Origin: Octopus vulgaris
Lineage: Eukaryota
NCBI GenBank assembly: GCA_951406725.2
Contig: OX597838.1
Location: 1,612,001-1,676,000, forward strand
Direction: 5' to 3'
DNA: 64,000 nt
Position numbers and translations under genes: made by a program. Position 1 is the stretch's first letter. Each line of letters begins with the position of its first letter. Below are positions 1-11,975 of this stretch, piece after piece. A model generated the notes under the pieces. The model made no database searches. It worked only from the letters and a program-made list of their open reading frames with translations, and was not told the DNA's origin.

Positions 1-22
1 ACATTCATGTATGCGTAAACAC

Positions 23-77
<55 letters not shown>

Positions 78-232
78 ATCCCCACTCATAGCCTTACATA
101 TATGCACGCACTTATTCAATCATATTTACAAATAAACCGTAAAAGTTGGACGAAAATGCTAGATTTTGAATACAAACATTATCAAGTTAGACAAAAAGAA
201 AACCAATGCAGATAGGCATGCACACATGTGTA

Positions 233-267
<35 letters not shown>

Positions 268-320
268 AAGTGTGTATGTATATATGCATATATATATATA
301 TATATATGTGTATATATATA

Positions 321-361
<41 letters not shown>

Positions 362-469
362 TTATATATATATATTTACGTTAATACATATATAGAAGAA
401 CGTATACATTATGTCATTAAAATATATACAGGAACACACAAACACGCACGTATACAGAACGATGTATCT

Positions 470-889
470 CTTTTTCTTTCTCTTTTTTCTCTTTTACTTG
501 CTTCAGTCATTTAACTGCGGCCATGCTGGAGCACCGCCTTTAGTCGAGCAAATCGACCCCGGACTTAGTCTTTGTAAGCCCAGTACTTATTCTATCGGTG
601 TCTTTTTGCCGAACCGCTTAGTGGCGGGGACATAAACGCACTAGCATCGGTTGTCAAGCAATGCGAGGGGGACAAACACATACACACAAACATACACACA
701 CACAAATACATATATACATATATACGACGGGCTTCTTTCAGTTTCCGTCTACCAAATCCACTCACAAAGCTTCGGTCGGCCAGAGGCTATAGTAGAAGAT
801 ACTTGCCGAAGATGCCACGCAGTGAGACTGAACCCGAAACAATGTGGTTGGTAAGTAAGCTACTTATCACACAGCCACTCCTACGCCTA
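470..889 (-). mobile_element. tRNA-derived SINE, family A, near-complete copy
   Basis: Minus strand starts GGCGTAGGAGTGGCTGTGTGATAAG (A-box-like) then GGTTCAGTCTC (B-box-like), has a short internal TA/TG tract and ends GGCGGTGCTCCAGCATGGCCGCAGTTAAATGACTGAAGCAAGTAAAAGAG. The same sequence recurs at several places in the window. Confidence 0.85.
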
Positions 890-1239
890 CATATAGGTAC
901 AAAATGTATAGAATTTAGTAAGTATATATGTTTCTCACTGTGTGTCTATATGTACGCACGCACGCACACGCACTCACATACACGCACACACACACGCACA
1001 CACACCTATTTATAGCCAATCTTAAACGTATGCATGGTGTCTGTGATTTAAGCGTCTAGAAATTGTTATTGATAGAATGGAGCAAATATCTCCGGGTGTT
1101 TATAATATAACCTCTTCTATATTTCACTGACTCAAACGATATATAACAGCTGCTACCCTTTCATATGGCACAAGAAACGCTCCGTCTTGTATTGAGAACC
1201 TTATAGAAATCCACTGCCCGAAGGTCGTATATACATACA

Positions 1240-2470
1240 TTCGAGGCTTGTTCATTAAAGATTTCTCTTGACCCACTTGCCGGGACTGGAACAAATGAAG
1301 CTTGGCATAATGATTAGTCCTTCTCTAGATGGCCACCACCAATGGTGACACACTTCTCTCATCGCTTTATGCAGCTGAGAAGACCTTATCTGTAGAGGTC
1401 GGTAGGTTGCGTCTGGAGTCAAGACTTTACCTCAGAAATAAGTTCATCATTTATCCGAAAAGTGCTTCCCCTTCAAAAAAGACTTCATGGTTGGAAAGAG
1501 GTGGAAGTCAGATGGTGCGAGGTTAGGAGAGTAAGGGGAATGAAGAAGGATTTCCTAGCCGCAGGAGTATGCTTTCATCTGCGCATCGTGAACTGGAACG
1601 TTGCCTTGGAGGAGGCGGACTATTTTTGTCAGCATGTCACACCTCTCTGCTTTAAAGATGTCCCGCAATTTCTGCAGCAGAGAAGCATAATATGCCCCGT
1701 TAATTGTGGTGTCCTTTGCCAGAAAATCCATCATCACTAGTTCGCGCTAGTCCCAAAAGACTGTGAGCATCACTTTGCCTGCAAAGGGTTGGACACGAGC
1801 CTTCTTTGGAGGATGTAAGTTATCATGCTCCCATTGCTTCGACTGGACTTTAGTCTCAGGATCATAGTGATGGACCCATGTTCCACCTTGTGTGATAAGT
1901 CTGCTGAAAAAGTCCTCTTCGTTTTCTTGGTACATTGTCAAATGAGCCTGGTAGCAGTTAATCCGTTCCTGCTTTTGAAAAGTTGTGAGAAAAAGGGGAG
2001 TCTATCGTGCAGACAACTTCCTCATGTGCAAATGGTCATGAATGGTTTTTTCCATGGGCCATACCTTTATCTTCACTTCTTGGGCTAGTTGTCGATCCAC
2101 CCAAATGGCGGCTTCCACTTTATGGATGGTGTCGTCATCAATGGCGGAATGTGATCGTCCAGGAATAGGAGCAGTTTCCACTGATGTCCGACCACGTTTA
2201 AAATGGCGATGCCAGTGCTTGGCTACATCATATGATGGTACATCGTCACCATAAACTTTTTTCATCCCATCAAAAGTCTGTTTTGGTTTAAACCCTTTCA
2301 AGTATAAGAACCTGATCACTGATCTGCATTCAACTACCTCCACAGTGCAATCTGTGAATGGAACAGTAAAAATATGCAAGACTTTTCTCAAGTTCCAAAT
2401 TTGCCTGTGTTAGCTACATCCCAAAAATGGGGCCTTGTATCTTTGTTGGAAACCGGTTCCCTCCTGAGTG
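1240..2470 (-). mobile_element. Decayed near-full-length mariner (DD34D) transposon, irritans/Himar1-like
   Basis: Frameshifted transposase across ORFs 2002-2391, 1747-1941 and 1555-1737: ECRSVIRFLYLKG, WHRHFKRGRTS, HLHMRKLSAR, TWVHHYDPETKVQSKQW, AGKVMLTVFWD, TINGAYY. Manual translation adds HSPYSPNLAPSDFHLF (~1500-1545) and a C-terminal EKCVTIGGGHLEKD* (~1313). Ends are approximate. Confidence 0.9.
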
Positions 2471-2497
2471 AAATATTTCTAATTATTAAAAAATAGA

Positions 2498-2785
<288 letters not shown>

Positions 2786-2789
2786 TTGT

Positions 2790-3010
2790 GTGTCTTTGTA
2801 TCTGTGTTTGCCCTCCACCACCGCTTGATAACTGGTGTTGGTTTGTTTGCATTCCCGTACGTAGCGGTGCGGCAAATGTGACTGACAGAATAAGTACTAC
2901 GCTTACAATAAAATAAGTACCGTGGTCTATTCGTTCGATTAATGTTGTTCAAGGCGGTGCTCTAGCATGGCCACAATCAAATGACCGAAACAAGTGAAAG
3001 ATAAAAGATA
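2790..3010 (+). mobile_element. SINE family A, 3' half
   Basis: ccgcttgataactggtgttgg...gaataagtactacgcttaca...ggcggtgctctagcatggccacaatcaaatgaccgaaacaagt matches the 3' half of the 470-889 copy. Confidence 0.8.
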
Positions 3011-3664
3011 TGAAATACAAATGCTAGATTCATAAAGAAATGAAAACGATCCTTGCCTTCGCCAACGCCAGGACAACCCGATAAAACCCTCCGACCGAGG
3101 AGACCGAAGGACTGACCAATTGCGTGACTGCGAGATTTCCACTGATCTACTGGAACATCGATGGGATTTAATTAGATCAATTTATGAGGCAACAGGACGA
3201 TATATCAGTGCTCATTATTTTCAGTTTACACGCACACACACACATGCACACACACATATATATAATGATATGCATGTACGTATGCATATATATATATATA
3301 ATATAATATAATATAATATTATTTTATATTACGGGATGGTCATTTTGCTTTGTCAAATAAACACATGCGTTATACATTTGTTCTTCATTTCAGATTTTTT
3401 ATTGTTTATATTTTATGTCCATTGTCTGGAAATCTTTCGTCACACATCCTGTGACCTAAACGCACATACATACATACATACATACATACATACATACATA
3501 CATACATACATACACGCACACACGCATATATATAAATATATTTATACATATCTATGCATAATTACCTCCAAACACACACACACACACACATACATACATA
3601 CATACCTCCATGCAGACACATACAGATAGACACACGCACACTCACACATACACACACAGATATA

Positions 3665-4370
3665 CTAGCGGAGCCCGTGCAAATTCCACGGAACGAAATC
3701 AATTAGGAGGAACTGTTTAAGAAGAAAGCAGGGTTTGCATTTTCATTGCATTTTGTTGCTTGTGCAAGAAATGATACAAAACTATACAATAACAGTCTCT
3801 GCATTACTTGATATACATATCATTCTATGGAAACCGGAAGATAAACATATAATTACATATTCCTTATTACGCAATATTCTATCATAATTATTTTACATTG
3901 TATATGAGTAATGTGCTGAAAGTGGTTTGGAGAATATACATAATGTTTATATTGAGGCGATTAGTTTCAATTCCATTGAAAATGGGAAAAAAATGTTGTC
4001 ATACACATCTATTTTTGCTAAATTATTTCACTTCCACTCACAATAACATATAATACGATTTTAAAATTTCTCTCTGTAACACTCCTCTCTTTCTCTTTCT
4101 CTCTCTTTTTCTCTCTCTCACTCTTCAACAAACCCTTTCACCATGTCATTCCCATCTTCACGTCGTTCACGTTTCTCTCATTCTCGTTCTCTTCACCTGT
4201 AACTTCCACCCAACAACACTTGGTTGACAGCGAAATGCATCGACTGGCTATCTGCAATCTCACTCACCTCTTTCTCTCCTTCTCGAACCCTCACATCCCC
4301 TCTTGCTCCCTCGCACGCTCATTGCCTCTCTTTCACTCCGACACCACTTCCGCTCTAACAAATTATGTGT
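3665..4370 (-). mobile_element. Non-autonomous Helitron-like element, copy 1
   Basis: Minus-strand 3' end reads ccgtggaatttgcacgg-gctccg-CTAG|T: a subterminal hairpin plus CTAG followed by T. Body 4060-4270 aligns by eye with 25570-25760. Confidence 0.6.
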
Positions 4371-4391
4371 ATGTGTATGTATGTATACATA

Positions 4392-5885
4392 TAAACTTAG
4401 ATAAACGTAGATATGTTTCGACCAAAGATTGGTCCAGGCCATGTCTAACTTAATAGCACCACCTGATAGGATTATTTGAATCCTGTTTAAGTCAAGTTTT
4501 GTTTATGGTCCATTCAAGTAGTGAGTTTTTGTTGGGTGAGTTGTATTCAATTATGGGTGGCTTATCTGGTATTCTTTGAAGGAATCTATCCAGACTCCGT
4601 TTAAAGTTGATGGGATCCTTTTCCTCTTTGATCTCTTTCGGGACAATGTTAAATAGGGCAGGGCCTGTTGAGGAAAAGAAATTATGTTGCAGTGTACATG
4701 TATGCTGTGATCTTGAATTGGGCAGGGGACGTATGGCCCGTGGTCCCAGTCTTGGATGAACCTTGAAGCTAATGTTTAGGTCGTTTGGGCAAAGTTGGCG
4801 GTATATTCTCCACATCGTACAAATGATGTACCACTCGCGGCGACGCTGGAGAGAGTAGAGTTTCAAGGCTTTAAGGCGATTCCAATAATCGAGAGCAGCC
4901 ATGCCTTCAATTCGTTTAGTGAGTGCCCTCTGGGGTGATTCAATCCTCGAGATGTTTTGTCTTGTATGGGGAGACCACAGTGGGCAGCAGTATTCGAGGT
5001 GTGGCCGTACAAAGGAGGAGAAAAGTGGTATGATGACACCTTGTTCTCTGGACCGGAAAGTTCTTAAGATCCAGGAACTCATCCTACGAGCTATATCGAC
5101 CTTCTTGTTGATGTGTGCACTCCAACTGAGATCGTCATCAACAATTACACCCAGGTCTCTGATATTGTTAGAGGCTGTGAGCGGTTCCCCTGAAGGAAGA
5201 GAGTATGGTTGTTTTAGTGAGGAATTTCTTCCAAAATGCATCAGCTCAAATTTTCCCTCGTTCAGTTGCATTTTGTTTCTGTCTGCCCATTGACTCACAG
5301 CATATAGATCAGACTGGAGTTGAGTTCGGTCTTCTTCATTGACGATTGGCTGGAGCTTAGTGTCATCAGCAAATATTTTCACTTTGCAGTAATGTACGAC
5401 ACTGGAAAGGTCGTTTATGTAAATTATGAAGAGTAGCGGACCCAAGACAGTCCCCTGGGGGACAACGCTGGTGACTTTTGCTGGGCTTGAGTGGGCGCCA
5501 TCAACTACAACATGTTGTGTTCTATTCGCCAGGAAATACTTAATCCAGTGTAGAACTTTTCCACGGATTCCAACATTTGCCAATTTTGAGAGTAGGATAT
5601 TATGGTCGAACGCTTTACTGAAGTCAAGATATATGACATCAGAGTTCGAACCTGTTCCCAAGGCTTTGAGTACATCTTCGATGTGGTGTAAGAGCTGTGT
5701 TAGACAGTCCCTGCCACAGCGAAAGCCATGCTGATTTGCATTTAGGAGTTTGTGGGTCTCCAGGAAGTCAGCTATCCTTGATCTTAACACTCTTTCAAAC
5801 ACTTTAATGATGTGGGAGGTGAGTGAGATTGGGCGATAGTTGAGTGCGAGGGATCTGTTTCCCTGTTTGAAAACCGGGATGACTA
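4392..5885 (-). mobile_element. 5'-truncated LINE, CR1/L2-group
   Basis: Contains the RT ORF 4492-5892. The 3' UTR has a stem-loop gaccaa-tct-ttggtc and a short repeat tail atctacgttt/atctaagttt. The 5' end is cut at the start of the RT domain inside TA-rich sequence. Confidence 0.9.
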
Positions 5886-5892
5886 TATACAT
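4492..5892 (-). CDS. Reverse transcriptase domain and C-terminal region of a non-LTR retrotransposon ORF2 (partial; no endonuclease, start codon comes from flanking DNA)
   Basis: Motifs NYRPISLTS, QHGFR, VIYLDFSKAFD, VPQGTVLGPLLFIIYINDL, catalytic FADD, RDLGVIVDDDLSW and YSLQRRRE; 466 codons with no stop. Confidence 0.9.
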   Translation of the reverse strand: MYIVIPVFKQGNRSLALNYRPISLTSHIIKVFERVLRSRIADFLETHKLLNANQHGFRCGRDCLTQLLHHIEDVLKALGTGSNSDVIYLDFSKAFDHNILLSKLANVGIRGKVLHWIKYFLANRTQHVVVDGAHSSPAKVTSVVPQGTVLGPLLFIIYINDLSSVVHYCKVKIFADDTKLQPIVNEEDRTQLQSDLYAVSQWADRNKMQLNEGKFELMHFGRNSSLKQPYSLPSGEPLTASNNIRDLGVIVDDDLSWSAHINKKVDIARRMSSWILRTFRSREQGVIIPLFSSFVRPHLEYCCPLWSPHTRQNISRIESPQRALTKRIEGMAALDYWNRLKALKLYSLQRRREWYIICTMWRIYRQLCPNDLNISFKVHPRLGPRAIRPLPNSRSQHTCTLQHNFFSSTGPALFNIVPKEIKEEKDPINFKRSLDRFLQRIPDKPPIIEYNSPNKNSLLEWTINKT

Positions 5893-5990
5893 ACATATAT
5901 GACTTCTAATATAAGGATAACATTTTTCAAAAACATCTTATCAGTGGCCAGCATATTAAAATACCTTGTAAGGTGAAAATTATAAGCAAT

Positions 5991-6044
<54 letters not shown>

Positions 6045-6049
6045 GCAAA

Positions 6050-6143
6050 GTCAAGCCCGGTGGCATTTGAACCCAGAATGTAAAGTCGGACGAAATGACG
6101 CTGTTTCGCCCGGCGTGCTAACGATTCTGTCAGCTCACCACCT
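6050..6143 (-). mobile_element. SINE family B, 5' fragment
   Basis: atttgaacccagaatgtaaag...ttcgcccggcgtgctaacgattctgtcagctcaccacct is the reverse complement of the family B head. Confidence 0.75.
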
Positions 6144-6144
6144 C

Positions 6145-6204
<60 letters not shown>

Positions 6205-6205
<1 letters not shown>

Positions 6206-6600
6206 TAGCGTTAATTGAGAAAGAACGCAAACGATTCTGGATGATAGATTTAGCATGCCCAGCTACAACAAGGTATGTGAAGTCGATAGATATGAGAGGT
6301 TAGCTTGAGAGGTTAAGCAGTTGTGGTCACTGAAAATAGGTGGTAGTAGTACCAATAATTGTTAGAGCCCTGGGAACAGTGAGTAAACATCTTCAGAAGT
6401 ACATGGATGAAATAGGGGCTGCAATAAGGGTGGAGCACTTGCAGAAAACAGCACTGCTTAGAACCGCTCGAATACTTCTGATGGTGCTCGAAAAATAAGG
6501 GATGTTACCTTAGTTCCCTGGTAGTGAACAGCTGACACTGTACTACATCTCCAGCGTTAGAAGCTGTGCAAAGACAATAAACAATAACAACAATAATAAT
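6205..6600 (+). mobile_element. Dong/R4-like non-LTR retrotransposon 3' fragment (restriction-like endonuclease domain)
   Basis: IALIEKERKRFWMIDLACP...EVKQLWSLK...VVVPIIVRALGTVSKHLQKY...LQKTALLRTARILLMVLEK*, flanked by (AAT)n at 6145-6203 and AAC/AAT repeats after 6575. Confidence 0.75.
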
Positions 6601-7753
6601 GATAATAATAAAAGCAACAGTAACAATAATCTATCTAGTTGTTATAATGGGATTAATGTGTGACCGCAACATAGAAAGAGAGAAATGGCGAGAATGGATT
6701 CCACAGTATTTAGGGGCAGAATATCTGTGAAGGTGGAAGGGCATGACAAGATGACATTGATGATGAAGGTGATGATGATAATGATGATGGTGATGATTAG
6801 GAAAAGGAAGAGTAGGATGGTAGTGGTGATGATGATGATGATGATGATGATAAAGTGTTGATCAAGGAACAGGTCACATGATTAAGCTACTTCCAATCTA
6901 CCGAAGTAATTAATTATTTTTATTATAACCAGAACGGTCGGTAGTCTTATCGTGATGGAGCAATTTTTGATAATGGCGAGAGTATCAAAGTGTCTGTTAG
7001 ATTTTCAGTTGAAAAGGAATAGCGTTATGTCTCTTCCCGGTTGTATTCGGTGATCCAACAAGTCTCGATTGGAATTAATGGAAGCTAAGCACACCACCCG
7101 TCATCACCACCATCACAACCACCATCATCACCATCATTACCACTGCCAACAGCAATGCTAAAACCGGTATCAACACCGCCACTTCTGCGACACCATCGCC
7201 TCTGCGGCTACCATCACCCATAATACTTCCAGTAGCAGCAACAGCAGCAAAATCACCAGCACCAGCACTACCAGTAACACCACCATCACCACCACCACCA
7301 CTACCACCACCACCACCACCATCTCGCCACAAACCCCCCCCCCTACTTCCGCTCTCCCATGTTAACCATTTAGAAAGCTGAATGACAGCAGATCCAGTTT
7401 TGTCAGGCTTAATACATTGACCCAGAAAGTCATTAGCAATTTGTCATTTGGCAAGGCACAGATCGATCCAGTAATCTATAGATTCATCCTTGTCACACAG
7501 CAACTGCGTGGAACTGATGGACAGCAGATTCTGCAGATGCACTTAATGTCTAAGTATACACACTCACACGAAACACACACACACATGCATCTACACACAC
7601 GCACACACACACACACGCACGCACGCAAATTAAATACAAGAGGTAAACGCATTTTTGTTTTTGTTTCTTTTGCTGTCAGAAAAAACATAAATGTCCTCAA
7701 CTGTCTTGTTTTAGAAGGATCTCGAGCTGGGTGTATGTCGATTGATAAATGTC

Positions 7754-7754
<1 letters not shown>

Positions 7755-7825
<71 letters not shown>

Positions 7826-7949
7826 AATATATGTCTATCTATCTATCTATCTATCTATCTAAATATCTGTCTATTTAATGTATACATATATACACTTATA
7901 TGTATGTGTTATGTATGTATGTATGTATGTGCATATATACATATATATT

Positions 7950-7981
<32 letters not shown>

Positions 7982-7988
7982 CATACAC

Positions 7989-8052
<64 letters not shown>

Positions 8053-8162
8053 ATACATATATACATACATACACACACACATATATGTATGTATATATAC
8101 ATACATATGTACATATATATAATGTGCATATAAGTAATCTCACGTGCTGAACACACACACAC
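7755..8162. repeat. Compound (TATC)n/(TA)n/(CA)n microsatellite field
   Basis: Direct reading; source of many spurious ORFs. Confidence 0.95.
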
Positions 8163-8281
8163 GTATTGCGGTCGATTTTCCTGCCTATCGATTATTGATT
8201 AGTTCTTTACAAATGTGACACATTGTGTTGATAAAATGGAGATTAGAGGCGGTGTTGATTCCACTCCATACTTACTGTAGC

Positions 8282-8316
<35 letters not shown>

Positions 8317-8789
8317 TATCAAGCATGCACTCACAAACATATATTTTGTTGTAGAGTGGAAAATGGAAAAGTACACAATACATGTAAAAGAAGTTTTTTT
8401 TTCGTCTCATTTATTCATGGAAAGTGTTATCACAGCGCCATCTACACCCAGTGGTCGAATGCGTGTGGGTTTATGCGTATGTGTGTATATGTATATGTGC
8501 AGATATGCATGCACACATACGTACACACACGCGTGAATTTACACACACATATATAATGTGGGTAGATATTTGAATGCCCAGATATATGCATACACGTGGA
8601 TATATAAATACGTATATATGCATATATATATATAATTATATATATGTATGCACACATGTATATGTATATATATATTTGTATATATACATGTTTTTATATA
8701 TATATATATATATATATATGTATGATACATATGTATATAACAAAGCATACTTATATGCACACCACGTATGTATGAATATATATACACAG

Positions 8790-8859
<70 letters not shown>

Positions 8860-9059
8860 AGAGGGAGAGAGAGAGACAGCAGTATGAACAATACGGAGAA
8901 CAAAGAGCTCAATATAATAAAGTGGATTAATATAATAAAAATGTGTTTCGCTATAGAAATATCAAATATTAATTCTTCTCGTTAGTGCAATTGTTTTAAG
9001 CAGGTTAATTGTTCATTAAACAATCTTTGTGGTTCAAAATCTGTTGGATCATTGTGTAT

Positions 9060-9210
9060 TTACCGCTAATAATTCATCATCAAATAATTTCATCGAGTTG
9101 ACTATGAGTCCTTTTATTTAAGTTACAACCTACAACGCCATACTTTCAGAAATCTTGGTCAGCATTGCTGTGCAAGTGTACTGAGTTTCACTGCCATACA
9201 GGAAACTATA
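9060..9210 (-). mobile_element. Probable small RTE-clade LINE fragment
   Basis: Minus-strand ttcctgtatggcagtgaaact = FLYGSET, resembling the RTE LLYGSETW motif; otherwise very decayed. Confidence 0.35.
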
Positions 9211-9382
9211 AAATTATTTCTAAAGTATTAGACCACGCTAAATTTATAATCAGGGTAACAACGCCCGTAACCTTTCCAAGTGAGTATAAATGAATACAGT
9301 GTTTCACGGGAAGTACACCTTAACCACCCGTTTAGTGTTGACGTTGTTTTGTTGCCATTATTTCAGGAAAGATAAAGTCATT

Positions 9383-9520
9383 CCACCAAGGTCGTCTTTG
9401 CATTTCATCTTTTAGGGAGTCGATTAAATAAGTACCAGCTAAGCACTGGGGTCGATGTAATCGACTAGCCCACCTCTCCCTTAAAATTTCGGGTCTTGTG
9501 CCCATACTAGAAAGGATTAT
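9383..9520 (+). mobile_element. SINE family B, 3' part
   Basis: aggtcgtctttgcatttcatcttt...taagtaccag...ctggggtcgatgtaatcgact...aaatttcgggtcttgtgccc..tagaaaggatt. Confidence 0.8.
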
Positions 9521-9601
9521 TTATTGAAATATTTTAAAATGTAAAAGGCGTATGGCTTGGTAACAGCGTATAAAGAAATGTCACTGAAGAGTTTAAATAA
9601 T

Positions 9602-9816
9602 CTTTTCTACTCTAGGCACAGGGCTCGAAATATTGGGAGAGGGGGCCAGTCGATTAGATCAATCCCAGTACGCAACTGGTACTTAATTTATCGACCCTAA
9701 AATGATGAAAGGCAAAGTCGATCTCCGTAGAATTTGAACTCAGAACGTAAAGACAGATGAAATACTGCTAAGCATTTCGCCCGGCGTCCTAACGTTCCTG
9801 CCAGCTCCCCGCCTTA
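9602..9816 (-). mobile_element. SINE family B monomer with target-site duplication
   Basis: Complete monomer flanked by tgaagagtttaaataat (9585-9601) and tgaagagttttaataat (9818-9834). Confidence 0.9.
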
Positions 9817-10394
9817 ATGAAGAGTTTTAATAATACCAGAAACGTCTGTTAATTCCAAGAAAATGCCCACTCCCTCCTATATTCTCTTCATTTTTCATAT
9901 TTCAGATAATATTTGAGTTAATTTCTTTCATTATTTGACATATCTTCAGGGAGATTTTGTCTACTAATTGCGTGGATATTTTCACCCGAAAGCTCACTGT
10001 GCAGCATATATGAGATCTTAGCCTCTTGCACGTTCCAGGCAAACAATATTTCATGTTTTCGTCGTCTTAAACCGAAAGCGTTTTTTTAAAAATATATTTC
10101 AACATGTGTAATGTACCAACCACCTTCAGCCATTAAACTATTCCAAATCAATCAAAAGATTTCCAACTGATCACAGGGTGCATCACCTAGTCAACAGTTT
10201 ATGTTGCCGACATCGATAGAAGATCGATTAGTCATTACTTACAAGAGAACCAGTCAGACGTGAAATATAGTCGCCACTGCTGAAGTTACAGCTTCAAAGA
10301 AACGCACACACACACACACACACAGGAAACACACTCTTACATAAATGTATACCTACATATAAACATACATTTTGTGTTACCAAATTTGTTCCAT

Positions 10395-10640
10395 TCATTT
10401 ACCTACGGCCATGCTGTAGCAACGCCCTGATGTCCTTCAACATCCAAATTGCCTCTGCACGCATTTAAGTCGGGCAATTATTCTTTCTCTTTTCAAAAAG
10501 CTTTGTTGTGGTGATGTTAACACACCAACGTCGGTTGCTAAGCGGTGAAATACAAAAATATACAAAGTTTCCAGTTCGGTTTCTGTTCGGTTCGTGGCTG
10601 CAGCAGAAGACATTCGCCAGAAACCACGTCGTTGCAAGAC
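10395..10640 (-). mobile_element. SINE family A, degenerate
   Basis: ctacggccatgctgtagcaacgcc and aacacaccaacgtcggttgctaagcggtg match family A segments. Confidence 0.55.
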
Positions 10641-10724
10641 GAACTTGTTAAGTACTCTGCCATTTCTACGTTCTTGGAGATATCTCTGGAATATATCGAA
10701 AATATATTGAAATATGTCTAATGA

Positions 10725-10774
<50 letters not shown>

Positions 10775-10994
10775 CTAAATAGAGAATAGAAAAGAGAGGG
10801 AGAAAGAAAGAAGAGAAGAGAGAAGAGAGAGAGAGAGAGAGAAGAGAGACAGAGACAGAGAAAGAGAGAAGGAAACGAGCACCAACGTTTCTGTGGCACG
10901 CTTGAACAATTGTGAAGATCGCTCCATGAAAACGTTGGTTGCTTTGTTGACCTACAAATAAAGTATGTTTGTGTGTGTGTGTGTGTATTTTATT

Positions 10995-11177
10995 TTTTAC
11001 TTGCTTCAGCCATTAGACTGCAGCCATGCTGGGACACCGCATTGAGGAATTTTAATCGAATGAACCAACTCCAGTACTTTTCTTTTATGGATGTTAGTTA
11101 TTCTGATAGTCTCTGAAAACACACGTAGATATATGTATATATGACAACCTTCTTACCATACAGCCATTTCTGCGCCT

Positions 11178-11180
<3 letters not shown>
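10995..11180 (-). mobile_element. SINE family A, internally deleted
   Basis: Both the 3' end (ttttacttgcttcagccattagactgcagccatgctgg) and the head (ccatacagccatttctgcgcctac) are present within 190 bp. Confidence 0.65.
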
Positions 11181-11219
<39 letters not shown>

Positions 11220-11389
11220 TTATAAAGTACATTTATTGTCCCGATGGAAGTCTATATGTGTTACAAACACGGTTATGAATTAATAAAAAGTTTGGCCATC
11301 AACTTGGAGTTGGGTCAATGAGGCATTTAATACGGTTTTTTTGACGGATAAGTCAATGAGATTAGAAGAGCCCTCCTCCATTGAATGGA

Positions 11390-11550
11390 GTGTCGGTCTG
11401 TCCCAGCTATTGCTGGAGTCATTTACAGCTGAGTGGGATGAAGCAACGGAAAAGGAAGTGTCTTGCTCAAAACACAACGTGCTGCCCGGACCGGCAATCG
11501 AAACCACCATCTTACGATCATGTGTACAACATCTTAAACTGCTCGGTCAC
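11390..11550 (-). mobile_element. SINE family C (tRNA head plus CORE-like domain), degenerate
   Basis: Reverse complement gives ggtttcgattgccggtccggg...ttttgagcaagacacttcc...ccactcagctgtaaatg. Confidence 0.7.
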
Positions 11551-11764
11551 CCTCCTTCATCGTTAGCAGAAACGACAAGAGATGTAAGAGAATCCATTAA
11601 TTATGTAGAAGCCATTAAAGGAAAACCGGAAAGTGACGGAAGAAGCCGATATTCGGGAGAATCTTTTGCGTCTTTTTGCTTCATAGAGAAATATTCTGCA
11701 TTCTTAATTAACTTTAAAGAATTATGAATAATTAACTTAAAGAAACACAGGATACTAATAACAA

Positions 11765-11960
11765 TTGTTTTTCCTTTAGGTAGAAGACACAGTTTTGAGG
11801 GTAGGGGGTTATTCGATTACACCGATACTACACTTGATTGGCACTTTATTTTATCGACCCGACTGTGAAAGACAAAGTTGACATCGTCGACATTTGATCT
11901 CAGAACGTAAACATCCGAAACAAACACAGCAAACCATCTTTTTACCCAACGATCTAACAA
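11765..11960 (-). mobile_element. SINE family B, degenerate
   Basis: ttttatcgacccga...aaagttgac...atttgatctcagaacgtaaa. Confidence 0.6.
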
Positions 11961-11975
11961 TAAATTATGCAAATA

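Noticed and set aside
4395-4445. Hairpin followed by GAAAC on the minus strand, suggesting a hammerhead
   Set aside because: No upstream CTGANGA; better explained as the LINE 3' stem-loop.
4901-5734. Plus-strand ORFs 4901-5293 and 5426-5734
   Set aside because: Antisense shadows of the RT frame.
10668-10728. cttggaga...gaaatatgtc hammerhead-like spacing
   Set aside because: The core has several mismatches and the stems are unconvincing.
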